A stretch of DNA of 64,000 nt from Bryobacterales bacterium (GTDB lineage: Bacteria > Acidobacteriota > Terriglobia > Bryobacterales > UBA6623), in assembly GCA_965216215.1 (NCBI GenBank), contig CBDCFO010000006.1, positions 89,870 to 153,869 of the forward strand, read 5' to 3'. The notes under the pieces are model-generated. The model ran no database searches, was not told the origin of the DNA, and worked only from the letters and a program-made list of their open reading frames with translations. Of this stretch, positions 17,412 to 29,317 are shown piece after piece; positions within the stretch are counted from its first letter, which is position 1, and the number at the start of each line of letters is the position of its first letter. The position numbers and the translations under genes are program-made.

Positions 17412-19837
17412 TTTCGGTACTCCCCCATGGCGAGCCGGTCGAGGGCTCCGGACAGCCCGTGCTCCGCGATCGCCCGCGCCCGCTTCGCGGCATCCCGCGC
17501 CGAGCTCGTGTACAGCCAGTACGAGCGCCGGTCGACGTGCAGCCGCAGCACCTCGGCCTCGCCGGTCCGGCGCAGGTAGATCTCCTCCTTCGGGACCAGC
17601 CCGCGGATCTGGTCCACCTCCGCTCGCGTCAGCTGGAAGGTTTCCGCCAGGTCCTGCGGAAACTCCGGGTTGGCCAGGAACAGCCGCGTGGGCGTCGCTT
17701 CCAGCAGGCCCCTGGCCGTGTCCGCCCGGGACAGGTCCGCCCCGGACTGCGTGGCGAGCAGCAGCGCCGCGTTCTTCTTCCGCCAGGTCTTGGCAGCCTC
17801 CGCGAGATACGCGCTGACGGTCGAGTCCTTGAGGAATTTCCAGGCCTCGTCGACGACGGCGATCTTCACGCGCCCCAGGTCGGACGGGTCGTCGATTTCG
17901 TGCCGCATCTTCTCCAGGTAGTAGCCCAGCGCCGCCTCGACCAGGTCGTCGTGCTGGGCGGCGCTGGCCAGGTCGACGACCTGCCACTCGCCCCAGGCGT
18001 CCTCCGCGCCCGCGACGGGCGGGTTGTCGAACACCGCGCCCCAGGTGCCGCTGCCGACCCACCGCGACATCGCCGGCTTCATGCGGTTGAGCAGCGAGCC
18101 CGCCAGCGACCCCAGCCTGCGCTCCGGCAGCGGGAACCGGTACAGGTCCTCCACCAGCTTGCGGATCTCGGTGGTGTCCCCGCCCGACGTCTCGTACCCG
18201 CCCAGCTCGAGCAGCCGCCGCACCCAGCCGGCGAGGAACTGGAAGGTACGCTCTCCCGGCGGCAGCGAGAACGGCCGCACCCGCGTTGGCGCGTGCGGGT
18301 CGGGCGAGAGCTGCAGGTAGTCCCCGCCCAGCAGCTGCGTCAGCGGCCGGTAGGATCCGCCCAGGTCGAGGATGAACACGCGCGGCCCGTACTTCACCGC
18401 CGAAACCAGCAGGAAGTTCAGCAGGAAGCTCTTGCCCGATCCGGTCTGGCCCAGGATCAGGGTGTGCCCGATGTCGCCGCCGCCGCCGCCGAACAGGTCG
18501 TAGTGGTAGGGCGTGCCCTCGCGGGTCTCGAGCACGCACAGGCATTCCTCGTCCAGGTGGCCGCTGCGCGGCGAGCCCAGCGTCGGCCCGCACAGCGGGG
18601 CCAGCGCCGCCGCGACGCCGGCGGAGACGAGCAGCGGGCGCGGCTGGTTCGCCCACGCCGCCCCGGGCAGCCGCGCGAAGTAGGCTGCCAGCTGCCCGTA
18701 GCTCTCGCGAATAGCCTTGGCGTCGCAGGACGCGAAGATGCGCCGCACCGCGGCATCGTGCCGCTCGATCTCCTCGAGCGGGCCGTGCAAGGTCAGGCCC
18801 AGCGCGAGTTCCCCGTAGGGCATGCCGTCGGCCTCGAGCTCGGCCTGCGCCAGGCCCAGCCGCGCCGCTTCCGTGTCGGCCGCCTCGTCGAGCATGGCGG
18901 AGGTGGTCCCCGCCGTGTCCTGCGCGTGGGCCATCATGCCGAAGCGCTTGGCGAAGAAGAATTTCCGGGCGGTGGCGATGCGCGACCGCGCCTTGTCCGT
19001 GGGGAGCCTGCGGAACTCCCACGACACGGTCATCGTGGCCGGCAGCTGCAGCAGCTCGCGCAGCTGGTCGGCCGCCGCCTCGGAGGGCGGCTCGACCAGC
19101 GAATAGACCAGCGCGTCCTCGCCGTCGATCCGCACCTGCCGGCGCTCCGCCTCGATCTCGGACTGGGCCAGGCGCCAGTGCAGCCCCGAGCCCCGCGCGA
19201 CGGGCGCCGCCGTGCCGGGACGGTTGACCAGCTCGCTCAGGATCCGGGTGGCCTCGTCGGGCCCGAGGATCCGGATCGGCGTCAGGTCCTCGACCAGCCG
19301 GCAGTACGCGTCGACGTCCTGCCGCAGCCGCACGCAGGCGTCCTCGAGGTTGCTGCGGATCCAGGCCGTCCGGCGGTCCGGCTGCAGCAGGGCCTGGATG
19401 CGTTCGAGCCAGGCCGGCGCGCCGTTGGCCGAGGGGGCGGGCTTGAGGCGCGGGTCCCGTGTCCAGGCGATGCAGATTTCGAGCTGGGAGAGCCGCCTGT
19501 GCAGGTGTGCAGCCCGCGCCCGCGCCGACTCGCCGGCGATTCCCTCCTCGCCCGCTGCTGCCGCCGGCAGGGGCCGTCGCAGAACGAACAGCGACAGGCG
19601 CGTGCGCTCGTCCAGCTGGCCCAGCCCCCGCACCCACCGCTCCACGACGGCGGAGATCTGCGCGTGACCCAGGCCGGCGGTGGGACAGGGCGTGAGCCGC
19701 CCCATCGTGACCAGCTCGGCCCGCCGGGTCAGGCAGGTGCGGCCGTCCTCGAGCCAGCCGAAGTAGGGGATCTCCGCCTCGAGCGATCCCGCTTCCTCGC
19801 GCGCTTTCCGGAACGCTGCCGCCGCCGAGCCCGGCAT
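17408..19837 (-). CDS. virB4: VirB4/TrbE ATPase (809 aa)
   Basis: Walker A LILGQTGSGKSFLLN and Walker B IAVVDEAWKFL, with size and position typical of VirB4. Confidence 0.92.
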   Translation of the reverse strand: MPGSAAAAFRKAREEAGSLEAEIPYFGWLEDGRTCLTRRAELVTMGRLTPCPTAGLGHAQISAVVERWVRGLGQLDERTRLSLFVLRRPLPAAAAGEEGIAGESARARAAHLHRRLSQLEICIAWTRDPRLKPAPSANGAPAWLERIQALLQPDRRTAWIRSNLEDACVRLRQDVDAYCRLVEDLTPIRILGPDEATRILSELVNRPGTAAPVARGSGLHWRLAQSEIEAERRQVRIDGEDALVYSLVEPPSEAAADQLRELLQLPATMTVSWEFRRLPTDKARSRIATARKFFFAKRFGMMAHAQDTAGTTSAMLDEAADTEAARLGLAQAELEADGMPYGELALGLTLHGPLEEIERHDAAVRRIFASCDAKAIRESYGQLAAYFARLPGAAWANQPRPLLVSAGVAAALAPLCGPTLGSPRSGHLDEECLCVLETREGTPYHYDLFGGGGGDIGHTLILGQTGSGKSFLLNFLLVSAVKYGPRVFILDLGGSYRPLTQLLGGDYLQLSPDPHAPTRVRPFSLPPGERTFQFLAGWVRRLLELGGYETSGGDTTEIRKLVEDLYRFPLPERRLGSLAGSLLNRMKPAMSRWVGSGTWGAVFDNPPVAGAEDAWGEWQVVDLASAAQHDDLVEAALGYYLEKMRHEIDDPSDLGRVKIAVVDEAWKFLKDSTVSAYLAEAAKTWRKKNAALLLATQSGADLSRADTARGLLEATPTRLFLANPEFPQDLAETFQLTRAEVDQIRGLVPKEEIYLRRTGEAEVLRLHVDRRSYWLYTSSARDAAKRARAIAEHGLSGALDRLAMGEYRK

Positions 19838-20133
19838 CAGACCAGGTCAACCTCGGTCCTCCGACCCGCCTTGCCCGGGTCGTAGCGCGGCTTGTACCGC
19901 TGGGCGACCTTGATGATGCGCAGCATGGCGGGATCCTCCCGGCAGGCGGCCACGCCGAGGGCGTACCCCGCGGCCCCCACGACCGTCCCGAACGCGAGGC
20001 TGTAGGTGGCCGTGTACAGGGCGTACGCCAGGATGCCGTTGAGGATGAACCAGGTGCGCTCGCAGCCGGCGATCATGAGCGGCCGGTTGAGGGCCTGGGA
20101 GGCAACCCACTTCCTGCGCCGGTCGTGGTCCAT
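19837..20133 (-). CDS. virB3: VirB3/TrbD (98 aa)
   Basis: MDHDRRRKWVASQALNRPLMIAGCERTWFILNGILAYAL... is the typical VirB3 motif and two-TM topology. The start overlaps the virB2 stop (TGATG) and the stop overlaps the virB4 start. Confidence 0.8.
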   Translation of the reverse strand: MDHDRRRKWVASQALNRPLMIAGCERTWFILNGILAYALYTATYSLAFGTVVGAAGYALGVAACREDPAMLRIIKVAQRYKPRYDPGKAGRRTEVDLV

Positions 20134-20405
20134 CAGGTCGTCAGCCAGGTCAGCCAGCCGGCTGCGCCGATGGCCATGGACAGGCCGAACAGCACGCCGG
20201 CCAGGGCCTTCTTGCCCCCGGGCTCCCCGAAGGCGAACATGAGGCCGGTGACGACGATCGCGACCAGGCTGAGCCCGCGGCCGATGGGACCGGTGAACGC
20301 TGTCGATATGTTGTTGATGGCGTTCTCCCAGGGATTCGCCGCCGCCGCGAACGCCGTGACCGCGGTGACGGCCAGGAGGGCGGGGATTCGCAGGGCGCGC
20401 GCCAT
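20133..20405 (-). CDS. virB2: VirB2/TrbC-type pilin precursor (90 aa)
   Basis: MARALRIPALLAVTAVTAFAAAANPW... is a long signal peptide followed by two hydrophobic helices (GLSLVAIVVTGLMFAF, LAGVLFGLSMAIGAAGWL). The start is uncertain (alternatives at 20432 and 20483). Confidence 0.75.
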   Translation of the reverse strand: MARALRIPALLAVTAVTAFAAAANPWENAINNISTAFTGPIGRGLSLVAIVVTGLMFAFGEPGGKKALAGVLFGLSMAIGAAGWLTWLTT

Positions 20406-20479
20406 GGGATGAGAGATTCGAGGTCTCGGCATACGGCGATGGTCGCGCCCGAACCGCACTCGTGCAAGGCCGCGGCGGA

Positions 20480-20644
20480 TCACCCGAGCGGGATCGATCC
20501 CGGCTGCCGCAGCAGCGCCAGGACATTGAGAAGGGTCTCGATCGCCGCGCCGCTGGGATCGGCCAGAGCGAGGATGTCCGGCCAGGGGTTGTCGTTCCGG
20601 ACAGGGCTCTCTCCCGGCGCAACGCGCCGCCCGCTGTGGTCCAT
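20480..20644 (-). CDS. Possible small protein (54 aa) at the head of the T4SS operon
   Basis: MDHSGRRVAPGESPVRNDNPWPDILALADPSGAAIETLLNVLALLRQPGSIPLG with GC3-rich codons. No SD and no recognisable family. Confidence 0.3.
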   Translation of the reverse strand: MDHSGRRVAPGESPVRNDNPWPDILALADPSGAAIETLLNVLALLRQPGSIPLG

Positions 20645-20730
20645 TGAGGCCCCGGCTCGCTCCCGGCGGCCCCTGACGGAAGGAGAGAGACCCAAGGGCC
20701 TCGAATCGTGCTGTCGATCCCGCACGCGCA

Positions 20731-20790
20731 TCCTACAGGTAAAAACTACAGATCATATAGGTGCTACAGGACGTATATATTGTGCGGGCG
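20731..20790. promoter_or_regulatory. AT-rich stretch with three CTACAG repeats (candidate DNA-unwinding element and/or T4SS operon promoter region)
   Basis: CCTACAGGTAAAAACTACAGATCATATAGGTGCTACAGGACGTATATATTGTG is the most AT-rich stretch I noticed in the island. It directly abuts the iterons. Confidence 0.4.
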
Positions 20791-20897
20791 CGACCATTTC
20801 AGCGGAGAGCCGCGACCGTTTCAGCGGAGCGGTGTGACCATTTCAGCGGAGCGGTGCGACCGTTTCAGCGCAGGAAAGTAGCGCGACCGTTTCAGCG
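20791..20897. repeat. Five direct iteron-like repeats (candidate oriV)
   Basis: (C/T)GACC(A/G)TTTCAGCG cores at 20791, 20813, 20835, 20857 and 20884. The first four are spaced exactly 22 bp apart. The last overlaps the repA stop codon. Confidence 0.8.
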
Positions 20898-22052
20898 CAA
20901 GGATTGGGTCGGGGCCTTGGCGGGGAACGGCCGTACGTTCGCGTTGACTCGCTCCAGCCAGCTGAGGACCGACGGTGCGCAGGGGCGGAGGAGGAGTCCC
21001 CGCTCCCTGGGTTCGGCCTCGACGCCCGGCCAGAGTTTCTGGACGGCGGCGACGCTTCGGCGAAACTTCGCCCGGAAGTCCCGGGCGTGCTTATAGCTCG
21101 CTCCGAATTGGCGCTCGAGGGGGCGCCACGGAATCAACGTCTCCTCCTGGACGGTTGCTACTCGGTAGGTCAGCCACATGTAGGTGTCGAGCGCCAGGGG
21201 AGACCGCCGGAGGCCGTGGACGATCGCGCCGTCCAGGGGGAGTGACCGACTGCGGGCGAGGTCGAAGAACTGCTCTCCGAGGCGCACCTCGAGGCCCCGG
21301 CCGGCCTCGGCCACCCACTCCTCCACGCACAGGATGTTGTGCCCCGAGTCGCGCTTCCCGTGCTGGACTGAATAGGTAAACGTCGTCCGGCATAGGCGGC
21401 GAAGCTGCTCGCGGGCGCGCGTCGACTCCCCTCGCGGGCCGCCGCTGTCGCCGATGCCCATGAACGCCAGGAATTCGTTTGCCGATTCGCCGACGCAGAT
21501 CGTTCGTCGCTTCTGCAGCAGGGCTCTGGTGGTCAGGTGGATCAGCGCCAGGCGCGGATACACGCCGTAGGGCAGCCCGGACTCCTCCGGGGCGAGCATG
21601 GACAGTCGCTGGTCGCCATTGACCCGGAGGTACTCCGAGCCGGCAACGCGGCGATGGGGGAGGGTCATCGTCGCGAAGAACGCGGGGATGTAGAGCAGCT
21701 TCTGGTTCTGCAGCGGGGGCCCGGAGCGCAGGCGCTGCGGGCTCGTGTTCTTGGGTTTCGGCGGGGTCACGCGGGGGGCGAGGCCGGCGGCGAGCGCACT
21801 GGTCCGGAGAGCGCGGGCCAGTTTGGTCAGCGCGGGACGGCGGGACGCGGAGGCTAAGGCGTGCTGCGATGCGAACTCGAGCACGATCCGGTCGGCTTCG
21901 TCGATTGCCACGGGGCGCAGGGAACCCAGGAAGCGTTCGTCATCGGAGAGTAGCGCTCCCTCCGATCGCAGTGCGTCGAGGGCGTTCAGGTACGCGCCCT
22001 GGGCGGCCGCGCGATCCTTTTGCGCTACTCGCGGCGCGGGTTGCTTGTGCAT
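20892..22052 (-). CDS. repA: Plasmid replication initiator, RepA (RPA, Pfam PF10134-like)
   Basis: 386 aa with ...LPYGVYPRLALIHLTTRALLQKRRTICVGESANEFLAFMGIGDSGGPRGESTRAREQLRRLCRTTF... matching the RPA family as I remember it. AAGAGG SD. Iterons lie immediately 3'. Confidence 0.75.
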   Translation of the reverse strand: MHKQPAPRVAQKDRAAAQGAYLNALDALRSEGALLSDDERFLGSLRPVAIDEADRIVLEFASQHALASASRRPALTKLARALRTSALAAGLAPRVTPPKPKNTSPQRLRSGPPLQNQKLLYIPAFFATMTLPHRRVAGSEYLRVNGDQRLSMLAPEESGLPYGVYPRLALIHLTTRALLQKRRTICVGESANEFLAFMGIGDSGGPRGESTRAREQLRRLCRTTFTYSVQHGKRDSGHNILCVEEWVAEAGRGLEVRLGEQFFDLARSRSLPLDGAIVHGLRRSPLALDTYMWLTYRVATVQEETLIPWRPLERQFGASYKHARDFRAKFRRSVAAVQKLWPGVEAEPRERGLLLRPCAPSVLSWLERVNANVRPFPAKAPTQSLR

Positions 22053-22073
22053 GGCAGCCTCTTTCGCTGCCTG

Positions 22074-22085
22074 GCAACGCGTTGC
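22074..22085. promoter_or_regulatory. Perfect 12-bp palindrome GCAACGCGTTGC in the repA leader (candidate autoregulatory operator)
   Basis: The palindrome lies between a candidate promoter (minus strand TTGTCG-N17-TATAGC, about 22100-22130) and the repA SD. Confidence 0.35.
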
Positions 22086-22184
22086 TCCCGGCCTGACCGG
22101 TAGCCGCTATATGTAGACTGTTGGCACCCGACAATCGCCCGCAGGCTGCGACCCGGACGGGGAAGCTGCCTGCAGCCACTTGGA

Positions 22185-23987
22185 CTAGGCTTCGGTATGT
22201 ACCAGAATCTCGCCGGCGTCGTCGAGGTCGCGAGCTGCTGGTGTGATGATCGTATGCTTTGCTACGTAGATCTTTGCGCCGGTGTGGATCGCCTTGCGCA
22301 TGTCGCCCTCGCAGACAAAGCTCACTGGTCGGATCACGGGTGCCGGTGGCGGTGGATTCTGAGCCGTCGGTTCAGCACGTGCCGTCGGCTGTGGCGGTGT
22401 CGTCGAACTTCTGGCATTCAGGAACCGGTCGACGACGGTAGCTACGGCGGAGTGCCCGCCCGCGGTTTGCGTTGCCGGTCTCGCAGTTTGCACACCGCGT
22501 TGCGCGAGGTACCGATCAACTCGCTCCGATACCCCCGCAGGGTGTCTTGACTCGCTAGCCCCGGCGGAGAAGTCGCGTCCGCTCTTGACCGAAGCAAAAT
22601 ACTTCTTGGCCTCGTCGCTCACGAAGGCCTCTTCCGGGGAGCGGATGTAGCGAGCAATCCGCTTGACGTGCAAGAGGTGCATTGGACCGATGTTGTCACC
22701 TGTTGAATTGCCTGCGATCGCCCCGCAGCCAAGCGTCATCGAGGGGAACACGCCGGTGGTGATGCCCGTCGACCCCTGCGGAGCCGACGTATTGACGAGC
22801 ACCCGGAATGCCGGAGCCCGACGGCCGTACTCCAGAATGTTGGCGTCGTCCTGCGAGTGGATGACGCAGGTGTGACCGCGACCCCCGAAATTCAGGATCG
22901 AGACGCAGGCGTCGACTGCTTGCTCGAAGGTGTCGGTAAAGTAGACCGAGAGAACGGGAGAGAGCTTTTCTGCGGACAGCGGGTGCTCGCGCCCGACGCC
23001 ATTGATCTCAAGCGCCAGGATGCGCGTCTGGACTGGCACTTCGAATCCGGCCAAGCGCCCCAATTCCTGGGGGGACTGACCGACGCAGTCGGCCTGGATG
23101 CGGAAGTCCTCGGTGAAGAGCCTGGCTCCCAGGGCCCGGGCTTGGTCGTCGTTGCAGACGAGAGCGCCGTTCGCTTTGAGCGCGGACCATATCCTGTCGC
23201 GATGTTGCCGGTTCACGACCAGCGTCTGCTCGCTTGAGCACACCGTGCCGAAATCGAAGGACTTTCCGTCCACGATCGATGCCACCGCGGACTCGATGTC
23301 AGCGCTGTCGTCCACCAGGACCGGCACGTTGCCTGCACCTACTCCCAAGGCTGGCTTGCCGCTGGAATATGCTGCCCGAACGATTCCGGCACCGCCCGTT
23401 GACAGGATGATGCCCACGCGCCTATGCCGCATCAATTCGTTTGTGCCGGCAATCGTGGCTTCATCCACGCATTGTACAAGCCCCTTTGGCGCCCCTGCAG
23501 CCTCGGCGGCCTCGGCTAGGAGACGCGCCGATTCGCAGGTGCACCGACGAGCCCGCGGGTGCGGGCTGATCACGATGGCGTTGCCTGCCTTGACGGAGAT
23601 CAGGCACTTGAAGAAAGCAGTCGATGTTGGGTTTGTGGTCGGCAGAACGGCTGCCACGACACCCACTGGCACGCCAATCTCGGTGATGCCGAGTTCGGGC
23701 CGTTCCGCGAGGACTCCGATCGTCTTGAGGGGTGCGATCTTCTGGTGCAGAAGATCCGAATTCAGCAAGTTCTTGGCGATCTTGTCCCGGACGTTTCCGT
23801 AACCGGTTTCTTCAACGGCCAATCTTGCGAGTGGCTCGGCGTGGGCGCGAGCCGTCGCCGCCATGCTCGCTACGATCGCGTCAACCTGCTCCTGGGAGAA
23901 GCGTTCGAACGCACGAGACGCCTCGTAGGCTGCCTGAACCTTGGTGCGAACCTCTTGAATGGATCGCAGATCCCGATCTTCAAGCAT
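22185..23987 (-). CDS. CoA-acylating aldehyde dehydrogenase (EutE/PduP class) with a ~155-aa C-terminal extension
   Basis: 600 aa. Catalytic FGTVCSSEQ, and MLEDRDLRSIQEVRTKVQAAYEA... is typical of BMC-type AldDH. The core ends near residue 445, followed by a low-complexity region with two repeated amphipathic motifs and a ~48-aa terminal domain. Confidence 0.9.
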   Translation of the reverse strand: MLEDRDLRSIQEVRTKVQAAYEASRAFERFSQEQVDAIVASMAATARAHAEPLARLAVEETGYGNVRDKIAKNLLNSDLLHQKIAPLKTIGVLAERPELGITEIGVPVGVVAAVLPTTNPTSTAFFKCLISVKAGNAIVISPHPRARRCTCESARLLAEAAEAAGAPKGLVQCVDEATIAGTNELMRHRRVGIILSTGGAGIVRAAYSSGKPALGVGAGNVPVLVDDSADIESAVASIVDGKSFDFGTVCSSEQTLVVNRQHRDRIWSALKANGALVCNDDQARALGARLFTEDFRIQADCVGQSPQELGRLAGFEVPVQTRILALEINGVGREHPLSAEKLSPVLSVYFTDTFEQAVDACVSILNFGGRGHTCVIHSQDDANILEYGRRAPAFRVLVNTSAPQGSTGITTGVFPSMTLGCGAIAGNSTGDNIGPMHLLHVKRIARYIRSPEEAFVSDEAKKYFASVKSGRDFSAGASESRHPAGVSERVDRYLAQRGVQTARPATQTAGGHSAVATVVDRFLNARSSTTPPQPTARAEPTAQNPPPPAPVIRPVSFVCEGDMRKAIHTGAKIYVAKHTIITPAARDLDDAGEILVHTEA

Positions 23988-23996
23988 CGCGGCCAG

Positions 23997-24275
23997 TTAC
24001 GCGTCGGGACCGTCGGGGAGAACCGGTTCGACATCGGGATACGGTGCCGGGATGACGTGGACACTCAGTAGTTCGCCGAGCCGGCGAGCGGCCGCCGCGC
24101 CGGCGTCTGTCGCCGCCTTCACCGCTCCGATATCTCCGCGACAGGTAATGGTCACGTGCCCAGCGCCGATCTGGCGCCTGCCCTCGAGCGTCACGCTCGC
24201 GGCCTTGACCATGGCATCGGAGGCCTCGACCGAAGCGATCAGGCCCTTGGTTTCGATCATGCCCAGAGCCTTCAT
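23997..24275 (-). CDS. BMC-H shell protein (Pfam00936, PduA/EutM/CcmK class)
   Basis: [63 protein letters not shown]... The start is taken at the internal ATG (residue 16 of track ORF 23997-24320). Confidence 0.9.
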   Translation of the reverse strand: MKALGMIETKGLIASVEASDAMVKAASVTLEGRRQIGAGHVTITCRGDIGAVKAATDAGAAAARRLGELLSVHVIPAPYPDVEPVLPDGPDA

Positions 24276-24456
24276 GCCAGCGGTCGGGAGAACACCCTCC
24301 CTGTCTGTCAACCGTATCACACGGGATCACGCCGCTTCAATCGACCGCTTCGCTTTCCGTCGTCCCTGTTGCAGAGGTCGCGTTCAGCATCTGGGAACGT
24401 CTGCCGCGACTGGAATTCACAGCACGGAGGCGCTCCGAAAGGTACCGGTGGTCAGC

Positions 24457-25620
24457 TTAGTTGGACCGGCTGCCAAACACGATGCAGACCGGTGCGTCGA
24501 TCGAGACACCAGCGGCGGTTGCATGTAGCAAGCCGGTGTCGGGATCGATTCTGAAGACGGAAATATTGTCAGAGTTCTGATTTGCGGCTAGCAAGTAGCT
24601 GCCGGTGGGATCGATGGCGAAATTGCGGGGCCAGCTTCCGTTCGTGAGGACTTGGGCGATCGGCTCGAGCTGCCCGGTCCCTTCGTCCACTGCGAAGATC
24701 GCGATGGAATCGTGGCCGCGATTCGAACCGTAGACGAATCGTCCTGACGGATGGACCTGGATTTCAGCGGTGTAGTTTTCGCCGTCGAATGCAGCGGGCA
24801 GGGTTGAGATAGTCTGGAGCACTTCCAAGGTGCCAGCGTCCGGAACGTAGGCGTACGCTGTCACTGTCGAGGACAGTTCGTTCAGTCCGTAGGCGAAACG
24901 ACCTCCGGGATGTTGGGCGAAATGCCGTGGTCCGGACCCTGGTTCGACTGTCACGTACGGCGGCTCGTGCGGCGTCAGAGACGCTGTTGCCGGGTCAGCC
25001 CTGTAGATCTTGACTTGATCGAGGCCGAGGTCCGAGAAGAACGCGAACCTGCCATCGGGGGAGAAATCGGCGGAATGTGCGTGCGGTTGCTCCTGTCGGC
25101 TATGGACGCTTCTTCCATCGTGTTGGAAGAAGCTCGATGCCGCGCCTAGCGTACCGTCGGGGTTCACCGGAAACGACGCTACACTCCCGCCTTTGTAGTT
25201 GGCGACGATCAGCATTCTGCCGCTCCGGTCGATATTTAGGTGACACGGCCAGCCACCCTTTGAGGAGACCTCGTTTAGCTTTTGGATATCCCCGGAACTT
25301 GGGTCGATGGCGAACGACGAGACCGAGCCGCTGCCGTCGCTGTCGAAATCGTCGGACTCAGTGACCGCGTAAAGATGCTTACCGTCGGGATGGATCGCCA
25401 GGAACGACGGGTCGCGGACATCGGCGACCAAGCCTAGTGGCTTCGCCTGCCCACTCGTCACGTCGAATCTGTACGCATAGATTCCGGCGCTGGTCTCGCG
25501 TGTGTAGGTGCCGACGTACATCAGCATCTCGCTCGTTTCGGACGGACTTGGCATTGGCTCTTGGTTTGCGCAACCCGCCAAGAACAGCGTTGTCAAAGCC
25601 ATTGCGCTGCAGATTCGCAT
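24457..25620 (-). CDS. Lactonase, 7-bladed beta-propeller (6-phosphogluconolactonase-like) lipoprotein
   Basis: Lipobox LFLAGC. YVGTYT...GIYAYRFD...GGWPCHLNIDRSGRMLIVANYKGGSV...GPRHF...SNRGHDSIAIF motifs match the lactonase family. Confidence 0.85.
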   Translation of the reverse strand: MRICSAMALTTLFLAGCANQEPMPSPSETSEMLMYVGTYTRETSAGIYAYRFDVTSGQAKPLGLVADVRDPSFLAIHPDGKHLYAVTESDDFDSDGSGSVSSFAIDPSSGDIQKLNEVSSKGGWPCHLNIDRSGRMLIVANYKGGSVASFPVNPDGTLGAASSFFQHDGRSVHSRQEQPHAHSADFSPDGRFAFFSDLGLDQVKIYRADPATASLTPHEPPYVTVEPGSGPRHFAQHPGGRFAYGLNELSSTVTAYAYVPDAGTLEVLQTISTLPAAFDGENYTAEIQVHPSGRFVYGSNRGHDSIAIFAVDEGTGQLEPIAQVLTNGSWPRNFAIDPTGSYLLAANQNSDNISVFRIDPDTGLLHATAAGVSIDAPVCIVFGSRSN

Positions 25621-25752
25621 GTTCCCTAATCAGAACCTGTCAAGAGGCGCGAAATCAAGCTCGGAACACACTGGGCAACGGTCCTCTCCCACTCGGGAGA
25701 CCGATCAAGCCAAACTAGGGCAGGCTAGCGAACCACCGGGCCCGTTGGAGCG

Positions 25753-29308
<3,556 letters not shown>

Positions 29309-29317
29309 AGGTGGCAG

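Noticed and set aside
16578-19850. 1090-aa minus-strand ORF read as a single protein
   Set aside because: Only the last 277 residues (VirB9-like, with their own ATG and signal peptide) are protein-like. The rest is an alternative frame of virB4.
17459-19885. 808-aa + strand ORF
   Set aside because: It is antisense to virB4, which has clear Walker motifs. The composition is Arg/Pro/Gly-rich and nothing is recognisable.
20791-20897. Possible CRISPR array
   Set aside because: There are only five 14-18-bp repeats, 22 bp apart, leaving no spacer-sized unique segments, and no cas genes. The iteron interpretation next to repA fits better.
22086-22185. tRNA or att-type direct repeat at the island right junction
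   Set aside because: No tRNA-like sequence is visible, and no repeat matches anything else I could find in the window. The left end is outside the window, so att sites cannot be paired.
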